Of a DNA stretch of 64,000 nt, positions 39,781 through 54,000 are shown piece after piece; within the stretch, counting starts at the first letter, position 1; every line of letters begins with the position of its first letter. The translations under genes and the position numbers were made by a program. The DNA comes from Blastocystis sp. Blastoise (lineage: Eukaryota; Protista; Bigyra: Opalinata). The notes beneath the pieces are model-generated. The model was not told where the DNA came from. It was given only the letters and a program-made list of their open reading frames with translations, and searched no databases. The stretch is from the NCBI GenBank assembly GCA_039096225.1, contig JBBPEB010000026.1, forward strand, positions 124,001-188,000. The letters run 5' to 3'.

Positions 39781-42080
39781 CTATATAATTAACATATTAA
39801 TAATAATAATAATAATAATAATATATATACATTTATTATTAATGATATCAGCCAGAGGAAACAATACACTTACTATCTTTTCTATATTTTAAACATTTTT
39901 CAACATTCTTTTTTCCTGGTTGTAGATTCGATAAATGATCTGATATAATTGAAAGGAACTAGAAAATGAAAAATAATAAAAATAATAATATTAATAATAG
40001 TAATAATAATAAATATTTGAAATACTTAATTATATTAAATATGGAAGGTGATATATGTTTAAAAACTTCGTTTCGTTCTAATTCATTATAAATTTCATGT
40101 GAAAAGGATTCCAAGAACACGTGTCAATTATAACGGATATGGCAATATTTTCATTTCTTTTTGTCCCTCTTTAAAGGTATACATTTACTAATATAATCAA
40201 ATAATGAGGTGGTGTTTCTATTCCAAATGCCCATATTATATATATATATAAATATAATAAGCTTCTAACAAAGCATCAATATTATCTTCATTATAGCCAA
40301 GTGAATCATTCTCACCATTTCATTCTTTTAAAAAACTATTCATATAATAATAATTATTATTCATATATATATTTATCATGAATAATAAAAAATATATGAA
40401 ACATAATAATAATAATAATATATTATATAAAAAAAAATTATATACACATAATACATAACCATAACTAACTAATTATTATTTCGTTCTGTTTCTTTTTTCT
40501 GGTTCTGTATGCATATATGTGTAATAATAATAAAAAAAATAAGGATGATAATAATATATACCTTCTAGATACAATACTCTTAATACCATTTTAATTTTTA
40601 TTTACAGCCATACTCAAATTATTTAAATCAAAATACTTATTCTATATAATTAATACAATAATAAAAAAATATATACGTATATATACATCTTTATTTTCTT
40701 GTATAACAAGAAAAATATACTTCACAAGGACACAATTTCCCACTTTTTAATTCTAAAATATATATATATATAAATAATGTTTTAAATATCAACTTGATTA
40801 TAAAATAATATAAAAATAAGCCTAAATAAAAAGATTAGAATATTTATTACAACAAAATAAGTAAAATAAATATAATATAAAAAAGTGATTACGTGAAATT
40901 AGTAAAAATCCACAATCAGACAAACAGAAAAGACTAATTAAACCATATACTCATTCGACAATCACTAGTATAACTATAAACGAAAGATAGATCACATATA
41001 CAAACTAATGAAAAAAAGAAATGTACACAAGAATACTTTTGAGCTAATAAGGTCATTCGAAACAGTACATTACCTTGTTCTGAAGCGCAACAACTTATTC
41101 AATACTGGATAACCATAATTCCAAATTGTGGAAACGAATTACATGTCTTCAAAACAAAAATATAAAATAAATAATTAACGCGCATACTTACTCTATTCAC
41201 GAAACAAATTGTTAACGTTAATTAAATGATCATACTCAACACCAAGAATGAAATTAAATTGAAGATCAAGTTTCAAATATTATTTTTTGTTTTGTTTTAA
41301 GAAAAATAGCTACTCGGCTATTACCGTGATATCATCACAATTAAGAAAAAGTAAATGCGCGGATTTTCTGGTTAAGCAATTCCATAAACAATATAAAATT
41401 GAATAACTATATTATATTGTGCATGTGTATATTGATTTGAACACAACCTTATATTATTTTTTTCGAAGATGATCAAACATTTCCAACGCAAATCCTACGA
41501 AAATAAATTCTAAATCATATTTTTATATTAAATAATTCCTATACTGACAGAAAATAAAAGCAGAATATTCATATTGACTAGATTCAAAGAAAAATTAAAA
41601 TAATAAAATTATTAACTTATTTTTTTTCTTTTTTTCTTTTTTATGACAATTCTCTTATAAACTTTGGAATATAGATTCCTTGTAAATTTAATTTGATAAT
41701 TTTATATTAAGTATATGAATACACCGAAAAAAAGCATATTGTCTCATAATGAATTACATGTTGGGCAATTGTGAAAATGTATATTTATTTAACATATACT
41801 AAATATTTTATTTTAAAAATGGAGTGGTTTGTGATTATTATAATAGAATTTAGAATAGATAAAGTCAACTTATTTCGGGTATTAAATATATAAGTAGAAA
41901 TTCATAGAAACAAAACTAATAATAATACAATAATGGTTCTTATAGAAGTTACTTGAAACAATAATGATAACAACATATAAATAATTTATTGATTTATATA
42001 TATATATATTTATACATTTACATGTATAGTAATATAGAATATAATATAATATTGTATATATATATGTATATATGTATAAT

Positions 42081-43130
42081 TTATTGGTTTATATCAGAAT
42101 AGTTAATATAGCAAGAATATAATATTTCATACAATTTCTTTTGATCTTGTTTAAGACGAAAAATATCTTCAACTACAGATAATGCTCGATATTGGTATTT
42201 CTATAAAAATATAATATAAATAAAATATAACATAAATTAATATTATATATATATAATATTAGTAAACATATATAAATAATAATATATATTAATATAATAT
42301 TAATAAAAATATATAAATAAGTATATATAACTTTAATATTAATATAAAAATATAAAAGAATTTACTTACAAATATATCATCATATTTATCATTCAAAATG
42401 GTATTTGTATCGATCTCAGTAATAGGAACAACCTTGAAATATTTCATAAGATTTCTTTTGTTTTTTTTGTTTCGAAGGGAGATTATTATTGCCAGTTCCA
42501 AACTGAAAGGGTCATATTTGATAGAAGAGTCCTTTTTCAATATTGAATACCAAACGAGATTACAAATCTTCGAAAATAAGGGATGATGTGTAGAAATAGT
42601 GTAGCCACTAGTACCTTTCTTCCACATCGATAACGCTGTTTCTCTCTCGGATTGTGAAAGCACAAGAGGAATCAAATCAAGAAATTTCTATATAAATATA
42701 CATATAATATAAATATATAAGAATTTTGATATTATGATAGAAATTATATATATATATATATATTAAGAAATACATAAATAATCTCTCTACTCATGAGTTT
42801 GGGCGTAACAAAACCGACGGAGTTTATACATAACTTTCTAAGTAGTATTTCAACATCACTACTACATTCAAGACGAGATTGATCTATATATATAAATAAC
42901 AATAATAATTTAAACATACCTCCACATAGTAGTTTCTCATAATAAGTGAAAAACGATTCAACTTCACTAAGAGTTTTGACCCGTAATTGGCGTAAACTCT
43001 GTAGCCGACCATCTCGAGCAGTTTCAGTTTCATTATTCGGGATAATACTGTCAGCCGAGATACTATCATCATCCGGAGATGGAAGAAAAGTATCTATTTG
43101 GCTGGAATCTTGAGGAGTGTTAAGGTCCAT
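42081..43130 (-). CDS. Unknown protein (4 exons), probable transposon accessory gene
   Basis: MDLNTPQ...EKLLCG|DQSRLEC...REIIY|KFLDLIP...DDIF|KYQYRALS...DINQ* splices in frame. It is head-to-head with the transposase, 301 bp away, and shares its more GC-rich codon style. Confidence 0.75.
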
Positions 43131-43431
43131 TTAATCCCTATAAATATATATGTTTATATATTCAATAAATACGAAAAATTAAATAAAATAATATTTTAGT
43201 ATCAAATATCGAGTTATTTTGGTAATTAAGTACTCTAAAAGAATATTCCCATGATTACAAGATAGAATTATGGTTATTATTTTTGTAATTATTTTTTATT
43301 TTTCTCTTATAAAATAAATATAATCAATCTATCAAAAGAACTGTGAATACCAAACAATATAGATTATATTTAATATATATTTCTTAATAAATTTTAATAT
43401 TTAAACATTTTTCTTCCTTGGTTTTTATGTT
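43131..43431. promoter_or_regulatory. Probable bidirectional promoter
   Basis: Short AT-rich gap between two divergent ATGs (43130 and 43432). Positional inference only. Confidence 0.45.
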
Positions 43432-46400
43432 ATGCAACAAACAACGCTGAAACGTTTCCATGCACACAGGAAGAAATCTGCTATACGTATATATGCTTAT
43501 TAATAAATTTCTATTATATATAGATATTATATCCTCAGAAAGCAATAATACGAATTCAATACAGATCAGATTACATGAATCACATAGAAGTATATATATG
43601 TATTATTTTGATATTTTCTCTATAAAAGTTTTTCTATTCCCTTTCGAATCATTAATTATAAAATGTTTTCCATTCATTATCAAATAGTATTATAATCTAT
43701 AAATTCTTTTATATATAAAAAAATATCAAGATTAATTTCTAAAATATATACATATATATTTCTATGCGCATATTTCTAGATATATTTCTAAATATATTTT
43801 TAAATATATATTTCTATATATATATTTCTATATATATATATTTCTATATATTTATATATATATATTTAGGTCTAATCGATACATCATTTATTATTCAGAA
43901 TGATGCCAATCCTAACGAGTTAAATACTATTAGTAATAATTTGTTAACTCGTAATTTCAACAATATAATAAGTATGTTAGCATTTTATATTTCTATATAT
44001 GCTTCTAAATACCTAAATCTTAATATATATTATTTGTTTTGTAATTTTACAATTTTTTTTTAATTAATTAAAATACTATTTAAACGTTTAATGAAAAATT
44101 GATATAATAATTTTTCATATAGGAGATAGTGAAGACAGCGGTCTAAATAAGCTTTTTTTGACATTAATGAATATATCAGTATATACATAATAATAATAAT
44201 TTAAAACATTATTTATATTACGTAGGAATCTAACGAAATTTTGGGCTGTAACACCGAAAAAGACGAGATTGAAATGGAGGCGTATAAGCTATGGGTAAAA
44301 CAAGAATTACCTTACGAAAAATTTGGCAATATACTAGAATCTTTTATGTCCGTCTGTAATATCGTCAAATCTGATAATAATATCAATATTGATATAAATG
44401 GTGATAGTCAGTCGTATATCCGAAGACTTCGCTCCAAACAAAAATTCTTGCCAGAATCATTACGATTATACATATGCCCTAAGTGTCAACAAGTAACAAA
44501 TCTTACGTTAACAAGAAATCATTTACCAGAAAAAGATATATTATGCCCACAAAATCCAGATATACTAGTAAAAGGTATATATTATATATATTATATATAT
44601 TATATATATTATATATATTATTATATTATATATTATATATTATATATTATATATTATATATTATATATTATATATTATATATTATATAGATATATATCAT
44701 ACGACGATTCTCCCAATAATACCCCGAATAAAAAAGCTGCTTCTGAATACGGATACTATTAAAGATTTATGCTATTATAATAGAGATGATATACTGTCGA
44801 TGCTTCGCCTTCACCAGCAAGAAAGCTATTATTTACCGATTGGTGACGATATGAGCCGACCTAGTAACTTTCCCGTATCCACCGAATCTATCCCGCTGTT
44901 TTTTTATGGTTCTAGCTTTTATAGGTATACACGCCCATTGTATGATAAAGCCGATATCTTCCTCTTCTTCTCACTTACAAGCGATGGTATTTCAGTTTTC
45001 GATAAACCTAAGAAAGACGAAAATAAATCAAGTTATCCCATTACAGTGAAGCTTCTTAACTATTCTCAGAAAAGGAATACCGATCATCGCCGTTTATGGC
45101 TTTATGGCTGCCCTACTGCTAAAATGGTATCTTCTGTTATTGATATACTATGTTCTGAATTCGAAATCCTTCAAAATGGTATTGATATCATATTTAGTGA
45201 TCAAACGAAAAAAAGAGTTATAGCTATTCTTCTCGATGTTTATGGTGATTATCCGGCAGTATCCAAAATGGTTAATACTCCATCAAGCGCTAATACATAT
45301 CCCTGCCGCTTTTGCGAGGTCCCAGTGTGTCGTAAAAGAGATAATACATTTCATAAGGGTATTAAGTGCTGTTATTCAGAAGTTAGCGAGTTACGGGACG
45401 AATGCGATAATAAAACGACGTTCTTCATTCCTATATATCGTCCGAATGAAACAGAAAATTCAACAAGGATGCTTACAAACTATATAGATGAATCTATTAT
45501 TGATTCAAATGTAGTCGTTTCTATTTCTGCACCTATAGAGATACCTACTAGCTCAATATACACAGATGCAATTAACTCTTCTCCTGTTTCTCTGAGGTCA
45601 AATACTACTACTACTACTACTACTACCAATACTGCCGATACTGCCGATACTACTAATAATGCTGATACTACTAATAATGTCGATATTGATGATACCGCTG
45701 ATACGGATAATACCGCTGATTCTGCCGATACTACAAATGAAATTACGCCAATAGTACCTAGCTTAAGTTTTCAGAAACTGAAATATTTTAATATATATGA
45801 GTCTACCTCCCTTGATCCGATGCATCTACTAAATAATGTTACTACGTCTCTAATGGAATTATTATGGAATTATCCGAATACCAAAATATACTCCAACTTG
45901 GTATATATTGCGTCAGAAGCAGAACAGGCTGAGATAATTAAAAAGATTTCGCTATCTGGCGATAACAAAAGGATTATTATGAATAGAATGAAAGAGATAA
46001 ACTCATTATATGACGTAGACACCTATCAAATACATACTATACTAGATGATTTGAATTTCTTTTCTGCTTCTTCTCATAGCCGTATTATGTTTTTCTCTAG
46101 GTTTCTTCCGCTTCTCACATCGGATTTTACGTGTGCCGACTCTCCACTTGTTTCTGTAATTGAATTATTCGGTTCAATTATATGCGATACTATGGAGATT
46201 AACCCAATCACCCAGAAAAACGAACTAGAAGCGTTCGAGAAAAGATGTATTCTGTTTGTCTGCCTTCTTGAGTCGGTATTACCCGCTGTCCTTATAAGTA
46301 ATCAGATGCATTCAATAAAGCATTTAGCTTTATGTATACGAAATAGCGGTTCGCTATACTATACGTCAACATGGGAAGCCGAACGATCATATAAAACTAT

Positions 46401-47355
46401 TAAGAGAATTACTAAAGGTACGACGAACTTCAATGAATCGGCTATTATAAAAATTCAGGATAGAGAATGCATTCAGATATTCCCCCCTAAAATAAATCAA
46501 ATTGAGAACAATCAAAACAATAGCGATAAGCGCTATACCTCTCTTCAATATCATGAAATGGCTGTCGATGGATACTCCGGCATACACTCATTCAAAGGCG
46601 TTAAGGAAAGGTCATTACCTGATCTATCCGATAAGGATATCCTATTCATTATCTCCCTCCTATCCTCTTCTTCATCAACTTGTATAAAATCAAAATTATT
46701 TTATCCATGTTTCGATGAGTCAACTCCTACCAGTATTATCAAAGAAGCGATAGATCATAACGTGGATATACAGCATAGGCTTATAATGGGGTTTAGATCA
46801 TTAAGACGATACTGTTATAGCTCAATTGTAGTTAACGGTGAAATATCATTTAGAGAATATATAGAAACGTCAAATGCTGAATACAAGAATAATTCGTATA
46901 TGATACGAAATATCGTTGTTGAGTTAGATTCTGGTAACTTCGTTATTCGTCCTTTGTTGTGCCAAGTTCTGTTTTTCTTACAAATTGAGGATATGATGGT
47001 TCTTAAGATACATAAGTACCAGCAAGGTAATTTCAGCCAAACCAGATTATATGGCTATTTCGTGAATCCCTCTTCTCGCATAGCATCGCTGATAGATAGC
47101 GAGTATGAATACTGCTTACTTAATGAGATGAAGCCATATAACGTGATATCTCTCGACTTTGGCGTTTCAAAAGAAATAGAAAGCCTCAGCAATAATAATA
47201 ATGTATATATATATATATTTAAATATATTCATATATATATTTAGAATCCTGACGATGAATATACTCCGGCAAATGATCAAGTCAATCAAAATAACGTTTT
47301 TAGCGTATCGGTCTTCACTTCATTTAAAGCCGTATTAGACGATGATTATATGTAA
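43432..47355 (+). CDS. CACTA/EnSpm (CMC superfamily, Tnp2/Transposase_21-like) DDE transposase, intact, 7 exons
   Basis: All six GT-AG introns splice in frame. Motifs: YICPKC, LPIIPRIKKLL, LTSDG (D1), YPI, DYPA (D2), YPCRFC, LDPMHLL, HSIKHLALCIRNSGSL, STWEAER (E). Confidence 0.85.
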
Positions 47356-48754
47356 TTAAAATATTACTTTATCATTTCATTAACTATTTATATACATAAT
47401 TTTTATATTTTTTATATATTATATATATATTTCATTATTTTTAATTATATAGTTTCTTTATATATATACATATATATATTATTTTATTTAATATATTTTA
47501 CTAATTATGTATTTGTTTATATTCCATTACTAATGTTAATAATTTACTAGATTTTTGTTTTACATTAATAATACATTATAATATACTAACATATACCATA
47601 TTCAATTGTCACTCACAAATAAAATGATAATAATAACATAATTAATATATTTATATGTCAATATAACTATATATCACTTATACTCAAATTCATATTGTGT
47701 ATTCATGAAATTAATATAAAAATCATATATATTCATTCATGGCGTTATAGATTATCCATATAATTAACGATATCACTATTGTTTTTCGAAAATTTGTGAT
47801 AAAATAACAAAATAATTTTATTTCATTATGTTGGAAATAATTATTGTCAAAATGAAATATTTTCAACTACGCTTCACAGGCGCACCACACCGCTAGAATG
47901 TTTACTCTCAATATTATGAAATAATTCTAATTCCTATTCAATATTTTCGTTTTTATAATGAAAACGAGAATTTATCGTTTATAATTAATTAACTAATATC
48001 TATATATACGAATTATTAATATGCTGCTGGCACGCATATTTATTTCATAATAATCACGTTTTTTTATAATTAATTCTTAAAATAATTTTCAAGCTTAGCA
48101 ATAATAACTACAAAAAACAAATTTTTGATAAGTCATGTTCACTCATTAATAAAGCGTTTATTATAGTAATAACGTATTACCATACTTTAGACATCTCTGC
48201 TAATCAGTTTACTCTGTTTAAAATTATGAATAAGCACAATTGGCGCATGATTCCCAATATACCTAACTACTTTTTTATTTTAAATGCCATTAACACATTC
48301 AGAGGCATATAACATTGACTACTGACATATTTAGAGCCAAAATAATTTTTTTGAGAAGTGAATCAGTTTGTAATTTATTTAACTTTTTAAAAAAATTAGG
48401 CACTGTCGAACTCCTGTCGTGTCATACAACGCATATTGATCACATAAGCTTGAAATACGAAAAATAAAAAAATAAACAATGTTAAGATTAAACAATTTTT
48501 TTTATACAGTCATAGGTCAATACGCCTTTTAATTCCTTTTGAATTTTTTAGTTTTAAATATATATATAAAATATATATATAAATAAATAAAAAAATTAAA
48601 AAGAAATAAAATTTATTATTTTATATATAGACTATATTCAGTAAATGAATCTATTATTTTTTGGGCAAAAATCTATTTATTGTTGACTTTTTTATAATAG
48701 TATATATTAGTCTATATATATGTATATTAAAATTATTATTTTATTTTTAATTAT

Positions 48755-48945
48755 GGGCGAAAGCGACAATTTGTCGGGTGAATCGCGATATCGCTTTTTG
48801 ACGGTCTTTTATCATCGACAAGTGTCGGTTATACGCCGAGAATGCCGTATATGTCGAGTAATACAGGGAGGCGTGACAACGAGTATGAGCGACGTATAAA
48901 AGAGGCGAATACTCGCAATAATGTCGGTATTCCCACATTTACTAG
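48755..48945. repeat. GC-rich island of short direct and inverted CGACA/TGTCG motifs (possible subterminal repeats)
   Basis: CGACAATTTGTCG, GCGATATCGC, CGACAAGTGTCG, TGTCG and GCGAATACTCGC occur within 190 bp of otherwise very AT-rich DNA. Confidence 0.6.
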
Positions 48946-50143
48946 CTGAGTTGGCCATACTACAAAAAAAAAATTTTTTATTAAGTAGACGGGTAACAAA
49001 AAGTAGTATTTAATTTAAAAACACATATATGATATATCCAAGTATATATCAAACTAATTAAAACAAAACAAGAAATAAAGACATGCACGATTACAAATAC
49101 ATTTACTTTTTGGTTAACCACCGAAGACATATTATATGACTATTTAATATATATAATATATATAATATATCAATATACCAGAAATAAGTGATAATAATCA
49201 CTTATACTGGTAAAAAAGTCATATATGATACTCTTATAAAGGATTTTTTAAAAAAGTATCTTCCCCCATATATACAAGAGGCCCCTTTTAAGGGTTGCGC
49301 AAAAGTTTTTTCTAATAATTTTTCCATCCCGAGTGGACTCGACAGCTCAGGTTTGCTAGTATGGCTGGCAGAAAATGAAAAACATGAAAATTCGGCCTTC
49401 CCTTAGCTAAAAATAGAAATTTTAAAGAAAATGTTAAAAATGACTGACAACAATTAAATTAAATTAAAAGTCACTGAGAGTTTATATTGCAAATAAATTG
49501 AGATGATGGTGTTAATTAAAGACATGTATACAAGTTATAATTACAATATAGTGCTTTTTGAAAAAAAATTTCACTCCATTCTCAAGCAAATGTTGGAAAT
49601 AAAAGCCATAGTTTAAGTTTTTGTTTTATATAATGATACAGATAGTTATCAAATCAAAATTACGCTAATTTAAATATATAGTTTTAGTTCTGACTAGAGT
49701 TAATTGTGAAATGATGTATTGGTCTTAACAAAAAAAAATTGAATTATGTCACAATGAATCATATATTTGTAATCAGCAGTATCCAATAATAAAGAGTTGA
49801 ATTGTTGTAACATTACCAATTAATGCTGAGATTTCTAAAAAAAATATATCCAAATGATTTCAATTCTATGGAATATCTATATATAAAGCGTATCTCATAT
49901 ATATGAAAGAAAACATAAACAAAATAACTTTAAAAATATCTTTAACAATAGAAAAACATAAAACCAAACATAAATTATTATTTAATAAAAATAATTTATA
50001 TTATATGAATAAAAATATATGAAAACAATATAAAAATAGTATATATATAGTATATTTTCATTTGTTGAGTTTGAATCCATGTATATAGTGAAATATAAAA
50101 CAATTTGAAAATAGTATAGTATTCTGATAATTGATATAAACTA

Positions 50144-50222
50144 TTAGACATCATAATTTATTATCTACATAATATAATTCAATAAATATTTATAAATGGA
50201 GTGTTATATATTATTTAAAAAG

Positions 50223-50253
<31 letters not shown>

Positions 50254-51049
50254 CTTGTAAAGAAAAGACATCTCGTATGGCAATACATCTCATATCCGCA
50301 GTTATAATCTTATTACCTTTCATATTGATGCATAGATCTGTCATCACATCCTCTTCATCTTCTTCCAATCGAACAACGTTCAAGAAATTACCGTTTATAT
50401 GATAATTCATAAGTATCTATATATATAACATATAATAGATTTATATATATATAAAATATTGATAAAGAAATAATATATATATATATAAAGAAAGAAGACA
50501 TATAATAATAATATATATATATACATGTCTATGTTTATGTTTATAAACAACTTCAATATATAATATAATATAACCTCGTTCTACAAGTTTAACTTTTTGA
50601 ATATATAATGATTTAATAGAATGACCAAATAATTCTTCAATTTGTTTCTTACTATCGTTAATATCTATTTCTCGTAAGAATTCCATTTCTTTTATTGTAT
50701 ATAAGTATAACTTACTATTATCACCGACTCCCGCGAATATATCCAACTTACAACAGAGATCTACTCCATTTACAGGGGAATCAATATATTTCACACATAA
50801 AGGTGATTGAAGTAAAGGTGTATAATTATTAATATTATAAAGAGAAGACAGTATACCCGTATAAGTACCTGGGTATATATATAGAGAAAGAGAACAATCA
50901 TTAGACCCTACAACCATATATATATCACTACCTTCACTTGAAGTCACTAGATATACAAGATAAATATGTTTATATATTATTATTTATATATATAAGAGAA
51001 TAAGATGATCTGTTAACAATAAAATAATTAGAACATAATATATATATCA

Positions 51050-51081
<32 letters not shown>

Positions 51082-54000
51082 ATCAATATCTCTATCAATA
51101 GAAGCACAAGTAACAATATCTGTATTATTATATAATATCATATCCTTCACAGAATTATCTTTTGAGAATATTGAATTAACCGCGGTTATTCTCATACTAT
51201 TATCAACATAACCTGTTTGAAGTATATATGTATGTTTATTATCAACGGGAATAAAATGAGGAGCAGAATACATAGTCTATATATATGGTTATTTATATAA
51301 TTATAAATATATATATAAAAATAATAAAAAAGTATATATTGATTATAAAAACATTAATATTAATATTATATATACAACAAATTTATGTTCTTGAATAGCT
51401 TTCTTTCTGTCTTCGGTAGCAAGATATACATTGGATTTAATATCATTCATACCGTCATATTTATATATATAATCACAAATCTTACCTGAACGATCAATTC
51501 CATATAAATGTTTTGTTTTACTATTTATATATATAGAGACTACGTCTTCTTTTAATGGAGAGAACAAAGAAACAGTAGACACAGTGGCGGGAGATGTTGG
51601 CGCCAAAGGAAGCTCAACTCGAGACGGCTATATAATAGTATAATATTTAGTATATATATATATTTATTATTATATTAAAAAATGAAGAAAAGATATATAA
51701 ATATGAATAAATAATGAAATACATATACATATATATATATATATACATGTTGAGTTGTGAATAATTGTGATGGACATTGACCAAATTTTGCTACTTGTAT
51801 TAATACTGCTTCTTTATCTAAGGGATTCATTAGAGAATCAACATTAACATTATCTTCATATATTAAAGAGAAGAATATATTATCAGATTCTTCAGCAGCA
51901 ACACCCTTCTGTTTATATCCAAATATAAGATCAATCCATTGAGCTATATGCATATCTGTATAAGTAGATTCTAATCCTTCGCGCTGGAAGTAGATGAATT
52001 GTTCAGGAGATGATGCCTAAGGAGGGAGAATAACGTTATTAATCACTGTACCATCCTATATATATATATATATATTAGATAAACATTATAAATAGACAAT
52101 AAGAATATATAATTAGTAGTAATAAGAATAATATATATAATAATAGAATAAATAAATAAATATATATACTTGTTTTGTTCCTAGAGGTAGTTTATTTTGA
52201 TTCACCAGGAAGGAGGGGAGATAATACCATTCTGGAGTCAATTCCTTCACATCTCCTATATATATATGTATGTATAAAATAATGTATAATATCAATCATA
52301 TTGAATAATAAGTCAATATATATAATATACAACTATTAATACAAGTAGTATAACTTAATATATATAAATATACCATTACTATTCATAGCACTTTGGAAGC
52401 ATCCTTCGACACTTGTAAATAATCGTTCTGCTTCATCAAACACTCCACTTTGAAGGTATATATGAAGAAGAGTATAAGGTTCTTCTCGAACTAAATAAAA
52501 TAATGTATACCCAGCGCTACTATAGTGAGTACCATATAAGAATGGAACACTATTGACACTAGATCCGTCATCACTAGCATACATTTCTTTCATTACTTCA
52601 TAACGTTCTTTAAAGGACTCCAAACGATCGGGATTTAATGCACCTATAGGCTTACTAAGATCACGATATACATTAGGATTTGAAAGATCTAAGGTAGCAC
52701 TTGTATAATCTTTGAATATCCACGGGAATACGGGATATTGAGCAAGATTATTAAATGATCTCCCAGCAAATATATTTAATGCTATTAAATAATCATAAGT
52801 AGTAATTTGACGATCTACCCATTTCTGAGTAATAGGAAGAGAGGATAAGAGGGAGGAAGAAGAATAAAGACGTTTATTAATAGGAGAACTATACGTATAG
52901 AATAGAGAATAATAATGTTTAATTGAGGATAAAAAGAAGATAAAATGAAAAATAAAATAATCATCTTATTAGTATATATTTATAAATAGAATCATACAAA
53001 TAAATATAATTAATAATAATAATAATTAGATATATATATATATATACCGGAATAGACGGACAGAAGTATATTTCTTAACCGTATAATAGAAATCTTCTCG
53101 TTCTTGATTATCATTCATAACTAAATATATAGAAGAGCCATCAGCAAAGTAAAACTCAATAGCGATATCTTGATAAAGATATTTACGTCTAAATATATAA
53201 GTAACAAGAGCAAGAGAAAATGATTGTTTAATAAGAAGTTGTTTAGAAAGAGAAGACATATAGGATGGTAACGTCTTTTCGGATGAACTATATATAAGTT
53301 TATAATAACTAGATAATGAATAGATAAAGATCATAATCATGTATATATTTATATATAAAGAAAAATTATTAATGATAAATATAATAAATAATAATAATAA
53401 TAATTTATTATATATACCTTCCTAAATGACGAATTGAGGTTCCTTCAAATTCAAGTTGATTCTTATTAATATATATAGTACCAATAACTTCAAAAGACAT
53501 ATATATATATTTACTAGGAGAAGAATAAACAATACTATTCTCTTCTAAATCCATGGGAATCTGTTCTTTTTCCTGTCCATTCGTTTGCATATGATTACTG
53601 AATTCTTGAAGTGTATAGAAATGTAGAGAATCAAGAGAAGGAAGTATAGTATCAAAAGATAAAGAAGAAACACTAAATGTATATGTATGAGTTATAGGAG
53701 ATGTAGGAACAGGAGAGAGAACCTATATATAGATAATTGTATACATAGTAGTAGTTATAATAATATATAATAAAAAATAATAAAATATAATATATAATTA
53801 TACTTCCTTCTTCTTCTTTCCAAATAAACCTTTCAAACCGCCAGAAAGAGGGCGGGAAGCGGGGGATCGAGGTACGTCAGAATCTTGATTTTCTTCTTTG
53901 TAACGAGCTTCATAAATCGATAAAATGGAGGGAACAGCTTCTTGAAGGGCTTCTAATTCATCATCTTCTGCCTATATATATAATAATAATAATATATAAA

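Larger units (their letters stand above)
42000..48945. mobile_element. CACTA/EnSpm-like DNA transposon, boundaries unresolved
   Basis: Transposase plus divergent gene plus a GC-rich repeat-laden right flank ending in CTAG at 48942-48945. No convincing TIR pair or TSD found. Confidence 0.6.

Noticed and set aside
40964-40970. CACTAGT as the left TIR of the transposase element
   Set aside because: It matches the 48941 end over only about 6 bp and has no CGACA repeat cluster inside.
48747-49406. ORFs 48747-48938 and 49188-49406 as genes
   Set aside because: They are short, lack recognisable motifs and overlap repeat or terminal-like structures.
52017-52019. Genome-wide TAG-to-Trp code change
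   Set aside because: Only one instance at a conserved site, in an apparently truncated gene. Other conserved Trp residues use TGG.
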